A stretch of 19,580 nt of DNA from a virus: IMG/VR virus record IMGVR_UViG_3300007516_004473; one strand, written 5' to 3'. The first letter of the stretch is position 1; each line of letters opens with the position of its first letter. The notes under the pieces were generated by a model, which had not been told where the DNA came from, ran no database searches, and saw only the letters and a program-made list of their open reading frames with translations. A program made the translations under genes and the position numbers. Below are positions 9,655 through 17,716 of the stretch, in pieces.

Positions 9655-9967
9655 AAGTCTTGCTTCATATGTGGATTCTCTAGAAAGCATTATATCTCAA
9701 ATAAGAGAAAAAAATGGCTTTGAGGATGCTGTATTTCATCTTCGTATCGCAGCCAAATTGATAAGAAACAGAGAAAAAAAATCCTTAAAAAGATCAGAAC
9801 AGTATTTGCCTCAAAGCAATTGGATTCTCAAGGATGGAAACATGATGAGTCCACTTCAAGCAAATGTTGCCATCAAGAAGATAGATAGTCTTATAGAATT
9901 TGAGTCAAAAAAGTTAGAAATTATTTCTGATGATAGTCAAGATGAACAAAATTTGTTTTTAGATTAG
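9647..9967 (+). CDS. Hypothetical protein
   Basis: ORF track gives 9551..9967, but ATG at 9647 overlaps the upstream stop by 8 nt and avoids a 100-nt overlap: MNKSLASYVDSLESIISQ.... Confidence 0.55.
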   Translation: MNKSLASYVDSLESIISQIREKNGFEDAVFHLRIAAKLIRNREKKSLKRSEQYLPQSNWILKDGNMMSPLQANVAIKKIDSLIEFESKKLEIISDDSQDEQNLFLD

Positions 9968-9977
9968 GAATGAAAAT

Positions 9978-10493
9978 ATGAAAACTGATTGGAATGGCAT
10001 AATGAAGATTGTTGAAGCTAGGCAGACACGAGCTGGGGTTACTATTTGGGAATCAACTAACCTATACAATATGCTTCATACTGGTGGCGAAGAGATGATA
10101 CTTAAGACTCTTTTTTACAATGACGGAAGTATGCCACCAAGTTATTACTATCTTGGTTTAGACAATCGTGCTTTGATAGAGTATGCAAACAATATGGGCA
10201 GTCTTGTTGATGAACCAGCTGGAAGTGGTTATATTCGTCAGCAATTAAAGTCTTCGACAGAATCATCTGGCTGGTTAGTAAATACTGGTGATATGCTTCA
10301 TAAAGCCGTATCAAATATAGTCTCATTTCAAGCAACATCATCTTATGGACCTATATCGAATCTTTTTCTTACAAATGCACCAAATAATAGCGGATACCTA
10401 ATATCAAGCGTGGCGTTAACATCTTCGTTAACTATGAGTGCTGGTGATGTTTTGAGCTTACGAATGACTCTTTCGCTACGTGATTGTCCTTAA
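9978..10493 (+). CDS. Hypothetical protein, possible virion protein
   Basis: 171 aa; C-terminus SSVALTSSLTMSAGDVLSLRMTLSLRD resembles beta-sandwich ends of phage structural proteins (weak). Confidence 0.5.
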   Translation: MKTDWNGIMKIVEARQTRAGVTIWESTNLYNMLHTGGEEMILKTLFYNDGSMPPSYYYLGLDNRALIEYANNMGSLVDEPAGSGYIRQQLKSSTESSGWLVNTGDMLHKAVSNIVSFQATSSYGPISNLFLTNAPNNSGYLISSVALTSSLTMSAGDVLSLRMTLSLRDCP

Positions 10494-10900
10494 ACAATTG
10501 AATTTTTCAAGTCTAATTCGTCATATATCTCTACAGTATGGACGATATTGTATTTTCTTCCTCTATATTTAGAAGAACTATATTCTTTATATTGCATCAT
10601 ACCACGTCCACCGTCTTCTGGGTCTTTGAACATTTGACCAATTGTCATTGAAATGTTATCTAGACTCATTGGTAAGTTGATTTTATATCCTTGGTGGTGT
10701 TTTGATATCGCTTTATTTTCATCACTTATCACAAGTTTGTATAGAGAAAACACTTCTTTTGCTGGTTCGCTTGTTTTTCCAGCGTAGAACCATACTGGCA
10801 CAGACACACCAACAGCCGATACGATAGTTCCTGCATTAGACAGATCGTATCGCTGTTGGCGGCTTAGAAATATATTATGTGACACAGTCAGAGTTAGCAT
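10490..10900 (-). CDS. Hypothetical protein
   Basis: ORF track 10490..10927 uses TTG; first ATG gives MLTLTVSHNIFLSRQQR.... Convergent 4-nt stop overlap with 9978..10493. Confidence 0.5.
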   Translation of the reverse strand: MLTLTVSHNIFLSRQQRYDLSNAGTIVSAVGVSVPVWFYAGKTSEPAKEVFSLYKLVISDENKAISKHHQGYKINLPMSLDNISMTIGQMFKDPEDGGRGMMQYKEYSSSKYRGRKYNIVHTVEIYDELDLKNSIV

Positions 10901-10942
10901 GTAATTGCCTATATATAGTTGATTCAATTTATAAGAGGTACG

Positions 10943-11809
10943 ATGACGAAATTAACTTCAGCACTTTTTATTTTTTTAGCATTATTTTCAAGTACATTAG
11001 CGTTTCAAGATAGTGGCGTCGCCAAGATGCCAATAATAACTCCACTTTCAAATTTTCATGGTTTTTCACCTATTGAAAACCGTGGCAAGGAATTTAGAAA
11101 ATGGCTTGCACCATCGGTCAAAATAGCAGTATCTGGTGGTTCTGGTTCGGGAACTATAGTTTGGTATGATTCGATAAAAAACACAGCGTATGTTGCCACA
11201 TGCGGACATCTCTGGAGTCCAGGTGTAATGACGGCAAAAGATGGAAAGAAAAGAGAACTTACATGCAAAATTGTGACATGGTATCACAATGAAACTAAAC
11301 TTGATCAACCAAAAACATACAATGCAAAGGTTATATTTTACAGTTATGTTCAAGGAGTTGACACGGCTCTTGTTACATTTGAACCAGATTGGACACCAAC
11401 ATACTTTCCTATAGCACCAAGCAATTATAAGTATCAATCTGGCAGCACAATGCATAGTTGTGGTTGCGATGGTGGAGATGAAGTTGCTCATTACGATGTT
11501 GAGGTTGTTGGTCTTGAGCGATCAACTTTGACCACGATAAGGAATAGTCCAAGGCCTGGAAGAAGTGGCGGTGGTTTAATGGATGACAAATATTACATAG
11601 CAACATGTGTTATGACATCGGATGTTAATGGGAATGGCGAGGGATATTTCACCCCACTTGAAGTAATACATAAGTTTTTCTCAAGCAATGGCTATGAATT
11701 TCTTTTGAAGGTAAGACATGGAAGCGATCTAGCTAGCAAAATAAGAATTATTGATATGAATTTAAAACAGCAAAAATATACAAGTGACTACATACTTTTG
11801 CCGAATTAG
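10943..11809 (+). CDS. Exported trypsin-like serine peptidase
   Basis: ATG at 10943 after AAGAGG gives signal peptide MTKLTSALFIFLALFSSTLA. Triad motifs: YVATCGHLW (His), GVDTALVTF (Asp), SPRPGRSGGGLMDD (Ser). Confidence 0.8.
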   Translation: MTKLTSALFIFLALFSSTLAFQDSGVAKMPIITPLSNFHGFSPIENRGKEFRKWLAPSVKIAVSGGSGSGTIVWYDSIKNTAYVATCGHLWSPGVMTAKDGKKRELTCKIVTWYHNETKLDQPKTYNAKVIFYSYVQGVDTALVTFEPDWTPTYFPIAPSNYKYQSGSTMHSCGCDGGDEVAHYDVEVVGLERSTLTTIRNSPRPGRSGGGLMDDKYYIATCVMTSDVNGNGEGYFTPLEVIHKFFSSNGYEFLLKVRHGSDLASKIRIIDMNLKQQKYTSDYILLPN

Positions 11810-12579
11810 ATATTCATTGTTTTGTTGTTAATCCATGGGCATTTTTTTTTGTAGTCACAGAATCGACAATGAATTCCTGTTCTTCCCATAGCACTTTCTG
11901 CTGACATATCTTTTATTTTATCATAAGTTGTTGACATATCTTCTATTGCAGATTCTAAAGAATCTTGTGTGAATTTTGTCGACACAAGTTCACCTCCTTC
12001 AAGGTAGTAAAGTGCTGCTTTGATATTTTCTGCTTTTGCTCCAAAATGATCTTGTACCATTTTTCCGTAGCATCTGAGTTGAAGATCTTGTTGTATATTA
12101 CTTTTATTCTTTCTAAATGGTCCTTTTTTTGTAGTTTTGTAGTCAAGAATGTAATATTTTTCGTCTCTAATTATTAATCTGTCTACAAATCCTTTAATCA
12201 TTTTTTTATTTGGACTATCAAGGTCATGATTGAATTCCCACTCTATAAGTCCGTCAAATCCAATTTTTTCGCTTATTAGCTCAATGTTCTTAAGGTGTTC
12301 TTGAAATTTATTTTTATATTGCTCTGGAAGTGGTGGAGAGGCCGATGATGCTTCGAGTAGTATTTTACCACTAAGAACATCAGACCCAATTTCTAATATT
12401 TTCCGTTTTCCTTTTTCCTCAACATAACATTCTGCTACTTTGTGGACTATTTTTCCATAAGTGAAGTGGTCTGCAACTGGTTCTTCTGATACAATTTTGA
12501 GGTGATATCGATATTTATATTGAGCTTTGCATGTGTCAAAGCATTGTTTTCTTGATACTGAAATATGTTCAATATTCAT
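11806..12579 (-). CDS. PD-(D/E)XK nuclease, RecB/Cas4-like, with C-terminal Cys cluster
   Basis: 257 aa; CFDTCKAQYKYRY..HFTYGKIVHKVAE, MIKGFVDRLI...YYILDYKTTKKG, LQLRCYGKMV, IHCRFCDYKKKCPW. Confidence 0.75.
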   Translation of the reverse strand: MNIEHISVSRKQCFDTCKAQYKYRYHLKIVSEEPVADHFTYGKIVHKVAECYVEEKGKRKILEIGSDVLSGKILLEASSASPPLPEQYKNKFQEHLKNIELISEKIGFDGLIEWEFNHDLDSPNKKMIKGFVDRLIIRDEKYYILDYKTTKKGPFRKNKSNIQQDLQLRCYGKMVQDHFGAKAENIKAALYYLEGGELVSTKFTQDSLESAIEDMSTTYDKIKDMSAESAMGRTGIHCRFCDYKKKCPWINNKTMNI

Positions 12580-12605
12580 AATTTACCTTGTAGCGAAACA
12601 ATTCT

Positions 12606-13652
12606 ATGACAATCAACTTTGACAAATTTGTTGAATGGGCAGAATCTAGGTTTGAAGATGTTATTGTCAAGGGAAAAGAGATAAGAATCAATAGCATTTT
12701 CTCAGAAGATAGCAAACATCATATGTGGTGTAGTCCATCTGGAGGTAAAAAAGATAGAAGTTTCGGTGTTTTTCACTGTTTTAAAACAGACGAAAAAGGA
12801 AGTCTAGTAAAGTTGGTTAAAATGGTGGATAAATGTAGTCGGGAAGAAGCCCTTCAGACACTTAGTGGATTTAAGACTATAGCTCAGCTTGAAGCCGATC
12901 TTAATAATATTTTGTGTGATTCTGATGTTGCGATAGATTATTCGCCCACTATACAAAAGATTATCATTGATCTCCCTACGGACTCTCATCTAATAGAAAA
13001 CTTTGGATCTAACAATTGGCACAGACAAAAAGCTGAGGAGTATCTTAGCAGAAGAAAAATACCTATAAAAGGGCTTTATGTGTGTGTTGATGGTAAGTAC
13101 AAAGGAAGGATAATAATACCTTATTTTAATATGCATGGTGACATCATATATTGGAATAGTCGTCATATGAATCCGAATGCAAAATTAAGATATCTTGGTC
13201 CTCCAAAAGACTGTGGTGTAGGCAAAGAAGACGTTATATATATGGCTGGTAATTGGCCATCTAAAGGCAGTCTTGTTCATATTTGCGAAGGTGAATTTAA
13301 TGCTATGAGCTTGAATATCTCTGAGTTAAGTGCTGCTGCTTGTGGTGGAAAGAATATGAGTGAAAAACAAGCAGTAATGCTTGCTGAATACAAAGTTGTT
13401 GTGTGTCTTGATAGAGATGTTGCTGGTGCTTCTGGTACGGGAAAAATGATCAATATGCTTGGTTTGGCAAAAAGTTTAAATGTAAAAGATAAATTAATGT
13501 ATGTTAGGCCGCCAGATAAGTACAATGATTGGAATGAAATGCTTGTTGATTGTGGTCCAATTATTGTGAACAGATGGATTGAGACGAAAAAAAAGCCAGT
13601 CGACTTCTCAGCACCCCACGGAACTGCTGGTGATATAATACAATTCAAGTAA
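12606..13652 (+). CDS. DNA primase-like protein with Toprim domain
   Basis: 348 aa; FGVFHCFKTDEKGSLVKLV resembles the CHC2-type region; Toprim residues VHICEGEFNAMSL and VVVCLDRDVAGASGTGK. Confidence 0.75.
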   Translation: MTINFDKFVEWAESRFEDVIVKGKEIRINSIFSEDSKHHMWCSPSGGKKDRSFGVFHCFKTDEKGSLVKLVKMVDKCSREEALQTLSGFKTIAQLEADLNNILCDSDVAIDYSPTIQKIIIDLPTDSHLIENFGSNNWHRQKAEEYLSRRKIPIKGLYVCVDGKYKGRIIIPYFNMHGDIIYWNSRHMNPNAKLRYLGPPKDCGVGKEDVIYMAGNWPSKGSLVHICEGEFNAMSLNISELSAAACGGKNMSEKQAVMLAEYKVVVCLDRDVAGASGTGKMINMLGLAKSLNVKDKLMYVRPPDKYNDWNEMLVDCGPIIVNRWIETKKKPVDFSAPHGTAGDIIQFK

Positions 13653-13666
13653 ACAAACTATAATAA

Positions 13667-14056
13667 ATGCATATGAAAATAACTACTATAAAAAAGATGC
13701 AATCGACTTTTGTTGGAAAGATTTGCACAATACTTTCTAGGCCTATAGCCAAGTCTGATCTTTCAGACCAGCAGTTCTCTGATTTCTTCACAGGAGTTGT
13801 GGATGAAGTTGATGATGATGGAATCTTTACAACTCACACAATCACAGGTTGTAAAAATTTCTATAGAATGCAAGACATTGTTGGTGTTATTGAAGAACAG
13901 GTTCTTGATGAAGATAATCCAGAACACAAGAAGATAATTAATGACATAAAAGAAAAAAAAGAAAAAATTCATAATGACGAAACAATTGATCCGAGCTTGA
14001 TAAATATAGATGAATTAACAGAGCTGGCTAATAGCCAACCAAAAGGAAACATATGA
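13667..14056 (+). CDS. Hypothetical protein
   Basis: 129 aa; ATGA overlap with the following gene suggests an operon. Confidence 0.6.
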   Translation: MHMKITTIKKMQSTFVGKICTILSRPIAKSDLSDQQFSDFFTGVVDEVDDDGIFTTHTITGCKNFYRMQDIVGVIEEQVLDEDNPEHKKIINDIKEKKEKIHNDETIDPSLINIDELTELANSQPKGNI

Positions 14057-14553
14057 AATATCTCTTATTCCTTCAATGGCACATTATATTTACATTTATA
14101 TGCGTACTTTCAATTATGCTTTACAATTGTGGTGTTGCCAAAGAGATTTGGATTAAAGATACAAGTGTAATAAGTTCTGCTATTTTTTTAATATTTATTT
14201 TTTGTTCTATTTTTTGTGGCAAACTTTGTTATAGCATTTGTATAAATCCAAAGAATCTTGATGTCTATTTAAATAAATCAGAAATTGGATGGTTTGTTAG
14301 TGAACTGTGCCTTACTCTTGGCATGATGGGTACTATTGTTGGTTTTATAATGATGCTTTCTGGATTTAATACACTTGATATACAAAATTCATCTACTATT
14401 CAAGGTCTTCTTTCGCAACTTGGTGGCAGTATGTCAACTGCATTGTACACTACAATTGTAGGTCTTGTTGCTGGTAGCTTATTAAAAATTCAGTTTTTCC
14501 TTGTTTCATTAGAACTCGATAGGATTGGGAAAACTAAAAATGAGGAAAAATGA
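14053..14553 (+). CDS. MotA/TolQ/ExbB-like proton channel family membrane protein
   Basis: 166 aa, ~4 hydrophobic segments; LTLGMMGTIVGFIMMLSGFN....LLSQLGGSMSTALYTTIVGLVAGSLLKIQFF matches the GxxGTvxG...GlsxALxTTxxGLxxa signature. Confidence 0.75.
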   Translation: MKYLLFLQWHIIFTFICVLSIMLYNCGVAKEIWIKDTSVISSAIFLIFIFCSIFCGKLCYSICINPKNLDVYLNKSEIGWFVSELCLTLGMMGTIVGFIMMLSGFNTLDIQNSSTIQGLLSQLGGSMSTALYTTIVGLVAGSLLKIQFFLVSLELDRIGKTKNEEK

Positions 14554-15191
14554 ATTTCAGAAATCACTATTCATGCAATACATCATTTCTTGATTTGCTC
14601 TTCAATATGCTATTAGCTTTCGCATGCCTTTTCGTTCTTGCTTTTGCTCTAATAAATCAGAATAAAAAAACACCTGAAACAAAAGCTTCTTATTTGATTA
14701 CATTCACATGGCCAAAAGAATTAGACAATGACATTGACGCATATGTAGAAGATCCAGATGGTAAACTTGTTTGTTTTGTTCGTCGTGAAGATGGTCTTAT
14801 GCACTTAGATAGAGATGATCTTGGGCATAAGAATGACACCATAGACACAAAGTTTGGCAAAATAACATATAATGAAAACAAGGAAATAGTAACACTTCGT
14901 GGAACATCTGTAGGTGAATATTGCGTGAATGTTCATGCTTATAATTTTAACAACAAAAATCCAACTGAAGTTTTAGTGCAGCTTGAAAAGATAAGTCCAA
15001 CATACAGCATTCTTATTCAAAGAAAAATAACTCTCGTTAAGAATGGTGACGAAAAAACAGCTTTTAGATTTAAAATTAATGGCAAGGGTGATTTAGTAGG
15101 TGTGTCTGAACTTCAGAAGAAGCTCATAGGTAAAAATCCAAGTTCAAGTAATCAAGAAATCCCTTCTGTAATTCCCCCACTAATACCATGA
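14550..15191 (+). CDS. MotB/ExbD-like single-pass protein with extracytoplasmic DUF2135/YfaP-like domain
   Basis: 213 aa; N-terminal FLDLLFNMLLAFACLFVLAFALI with Asp at TM start; then TFTWPKELDNDIDAYVEDPDGKLVCF...LDRDDLG...VGEYCVNVHAYN. Confidence 0.6.
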   Translation: MNFRNHYSCNTSFLDLLFNMLLAFACLFVLAFALINQNKKTPETKASYLITFTWPKELDNDIDAYVEDPDGKLVCFVRREDGLMHLDRDDLGHKNDTIDTKFGKITYNENKEIVTLRGTSVGEYCVNVHAYNFNNKNPTEVLVQLEKISPTYSILIQRKITLVKNGDEKTAFRFKINGKGDLVGVSELQKKLIGKNPSSSNQEIPSVIPPLIP

Positions 15192-15198
15192 GGTTAAA

Positions 15199-15801
15199 AT
15201 GGAAATAAGCACAATAGGCATACCATTGGCATTTTTGATTATTAGCTCAATAGGCTTGTGGATCATTGTTTATACAAGCGGATCGTGGTTATTTAAAATG
15301 GCTTTCATAGTGATGTGTCTTTATTTTTCTCTTGTGATGTGGCATTCACTTGGCGACTTAAGTGGTTGGCCAACATCATCAAATATTCCACAGAAAACAA
15401 TAGTCCATTGGATACTTGTTCAAGAACCATCAAAAACAAATAAAAGTGAACAAGGATTTATATTTTTATGGGCAACCGAGGTTGATATTAATTTTGGTGT
15501 TTCTAAAAAAGCTACATTTGGAATTTTAAGGCCTTTTTCTTCAAGAAAAAGCGATTCTGAACCAAGAGCCTATAGGCTTCCTTATTCGGAACTTGCTCAT
15601 CAGCAGGCTGTTGAAGCAATGAAAATAATTATGAGCGGTAAAACTTTAGTTGGCGAGTCTACTGGCAATGAACCTTCAACGAATCATGGGAAAGATAGAA
15701 ATACAAAATCTGGCCAGCAAGAAAGCTTAAGTATGGAACAGATATTTAGATTTTATGAACTTCCACCATCTAAGCTTCCAGAGAAAATAACTGGAAAATG
15801 A
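15199..15801 (+). CDS. Membrane protein, third member of the cassette
   Basis: 200 aa; two N-terminal hydrophobic segments (IPLAFLIISSIGLWIIVYTSG, LFKMAFIVMCLYFSLVMWHS) then a soluble domain; starts 8 nt after the preceding stop. Confidence 0.65.
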   Translation: MEISTIGIPLAFLIISSIGLWIIVYTSGSWLFKMAFIVMCLYFSLVMWHSLGDLSGWPTSSNIPQKTIVHWILVQEPSKTNKSEQGFIFLWATEVDINFGVSKKATFGILRPFSSRKSDSEPRAYRLPYSELAHQQAVEAMKIIMSGKTLVGESTGNEPSTNHGKDRNTKSGQQESLSMEQIFRFYELPPSKLPEKITGK

Positions 15802-15814
15802 TTTAAAAATTCAA

Positions 15815-17107
15815 CTAATTTCTTTGTTTCAAAAGATTCTTGTAGTGATTGATTTTTTCGTTAATCGTCATTCTTTTGTTCATATGAATATTTTCATTTT
15901 TATTCCTAATATGTCCACTTTTTTCGTCTTCTTTTTTAGGCACAACAATATGATAGATTAAACGCTTTAATTTTTTAAAGTCATCTTTCCATTCATCTTC
16001 ATTCCATGTGTTTTTATTTTTATCTTTTACCATTTCCCTCATTTTCTTTCTTAAATTTACCAATTCAAAATAGTGTTTATATTCATCGGAATCTTTATCT
16101 GACAGACCTTTATCTCTGTAGTTTTCAAAATTAGTTAAATATGAATTTTCTTCTGTAGGCTCTGTTTTGCTTCCTATCTTTATGTCTGTCTTTAAAAAAT
16201 CATCTTTGCTTTCACCGGTGTTAAAAGGCCAAACATCTGGACTTGAATCTGGGTCTTCTGCATCTGAACCTTTATCTGCTAAGTCTGAACCTTTATCTGC
16301 TAAGTCTGAACCTTTATCTGCTAAGTCTGAACCTTTATCTGCTGAATCTGAACCTTTATCTGCTGAATCTGAACCTTTATCTGCTGAATCTGGTGTTGGA
16401 TCTGGTGTTGGATCTGGTGTTGGATCTGGTGTTGGATCTGGTGTTGGATCTGGTGTTGAATCTGGTGTTGAATCTAAGACTTTATCTGATGTATTTGTTG
16501 CTGACATTAGTGTTTTTGTCAGATAATCACAAGCATTATCAATTTCATTATTATTTATCATTGCTTTGATTTTTTGGTAATCTGTATTATTTATTTTTCC
16601 TTCTTTGTGCTTTCTTTCGAGTTCAATTTCACAAGATGCTTTATTTTTTTCTTTGTTATCTTTATATTTTTTTGTTCCTTCGTATTTTGCAATCATACTT
16701 TTTAATGTAATTTTTAGCTGTTTTGCCCATACATCTAATATGTTCATTATTTTTAAGTTTTCTCCGACACCAGCTTCATTGATTGTGTTTATTTTGCACT
16801 CAAGTTCATCAAAAGCTTTTTTTAGTGTCGAGTATTCATCAAGTGTGAATACACTTGGGCAGAATGATTCTTTTTTTGTATTCGATTTAGATCCTGCAAA
16901 ATCTCCAAGCGTGTTCATAAAATAGTATGGATTTTTTTGGCCATACCTTCCGTACCAAATATTGCTTGTCAAATTTTTAAAGCGATCCCATAATCCTCTT
17001 TTTTCAAATCCTTCAGGTGAAACAAGTTGTCTCTTTAGAATATTGATCATTGAATCAACTGTTTTATCAATTTCATTATTGATTTCTAAAGATTCTATTT
17101 CTGGCAT
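15815..17107 (-). CDS. Large low-complexity repeat-containing protein, unknown function
   Basis: ORF track 15815..17125. ATG at 17107 preceded by AGGAG is the better start (MPEIESLEINNE...). Contains ~6x (K/S/L)-rich DSADKGS-type and 7x DPTP-type repeats. Confidence 0.7.
   Translation of the reverse strand: MPEIESLEINNEIDKTVDSMINILKRQLVSPEGFEKRGLWDRFKNLTSNIWYGRYGQKNPYYFMNTLGDFAGSKSNTKKESFCPSVFTLDEYSTLKKAFDELECKINTINEAGVGENLKIMNILDVWAKQLKITLKSMIAKYEGTKKYKDNKEKNKASCEIELERKHKEGKINNTDYQKIKAMINNNEIDNACDYLTKTLMSATNTSDKVLDSTPDSTPDPTPDPTPDPTPDPTPDPTPDSADKGSDSADKGSDSADKGSDLADKGSDLADKGSDLADKGSDAEDPDSSPDVWPFNTGESKDDFLKTDIKIGSKTEPTEENSYLTNFENYRDKGLSDKDSDEYKHYFELVNLRKKMREMVKDKNKNTWNEDEWKDDFKKLKRLIYHIVVPKKEDEKSGHIRNKNENIHMNKRMTINEKINHYKNLLKQRN
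16263..16388. repeat. Six tandem 21-nt units (TCTGAACCTTTATCTGCTAAG/GAA)
   Basis: Direct reading of six consecutive units; encodes (D)S/LADKGSD repeats on the minus strand. Confidence 0.95.
16389..16472. repeat. Seven tandem 12-nt units (TCTGGTGTTGGA/GAA)
   Basis: Direct reading of seven consecutive units; encodes DPTP/DSTP repeats on the minus strand. Confidence 0.95.
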
Positions 17108-17231
17108 TATTTCTCCTAAACACATAATTTCTGCATATCTTATGTATCATTGAATTGCCACAAACTAGAAAAAATTCTAATTGAAGTGTAAAAATACAAG
17201 TACTGAAATAATATTTAGATTTTCATTAATT

Positions 17232-17687
17232 CTACTGTTTGCTTGTATATGAATCATTGATTTTTTTGAGAGACATAAGGCAAGAATCAAAGCGATGAAA
17301 TTCGCCAGAAAGATATTCAAGGCTTAATTCATCAAATTTTTCTTGTCCATTTTCTTCTATTTCAAAGTATATGGCTTTTCCTCTTCTGCCCATAACTTTG
17401 TATTTGTGCATCAAAATGTAGGCTGCAGCACCTAAATCAGTAACGAATCTGCTAGTTCTTAATTGAATGTTAGACTCACCTATTTTTTTTAATGACATAA
17501 TGCAAGAGTCGAATCTATGAAATTCGCTAGAAAGGTAGTCTAGTATCAGTTGTTCAAATTGGTCTGAATCTTTATCTTCGTCTATAACAAAAATTATTTC
17601 TTTTCCACGTTTTCCTATTACCTTATAGTTATGCATTAGTAAATATGCAGCTGAACCTAAATCGGTGACGCTTTTATAACTTGACAT
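17232..17687 (-). CDS. Protein with two tandem copies of a ~65-aa domain, DUF5659-like (weak)
   Basis: VTDLGSAAYLLMHNYKVIGKRGKEIIFVI...YLSSEFHRFDSCIMSLKKI repeated as VTDLGAAAYILMHKYKVMGRRGKAIYFEI...YLSGEFHRFDSCLMSLKKI; RBS AGAGG. Confidence 0.7.
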   Translation of the reverse strand: MSSYKSVTDLGSAAYLLMHNYKVIGKRGKEIIFVIDEDKDSDQFEQLILDYLSSEFHRFDSCIMSLKKIGESNIQLRTSRFVTDLGAAAYILMHKYKVMGRRGKAIYFEIEENGQEKFDELSLEYLSGEFHRFDSCLMSLKKINDSYTSKQ

Positions 17688-17716
17688 TCATTTCCTCTTT
17701 TCTTTGTTTTTTAAAT

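Noticed and set aside
11056-11606. Minus-strand ORFs opposite the trypsin-like gene
   Set aside because: Antisense to a strongly supported CDS; translated sequences look like non-coding frames.
11955-12177. Short ORFs overlapping the PD-(D/E)XK nuclease gene
   Set aside because: Overlapped by a longer CDS with clear nuclease motifs.
13277-13972. Minus-strand ORFs 13277..13648 and 13763..13972
   Set aside because: Antisense to the primase-like and following CDS; no motifs.
16167-16569. Plus-strand ORFs 16167..16526 and 16243..16569 with periodic sequence
   Set aside because: Antisense readings of the 21-nt and 12-nt repeats in the minus-strand CDS; periodicity keeps the frames open.
16605-17153. 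Plus-strand ORFs 16605..16925 and 16962..17153
   Set aside because: Antisense to the non-repeat N-terminal part of the minus-strand CDS 15815..17107, with no RBS or recognisable domain; incidental open frames, not repeat-driven.
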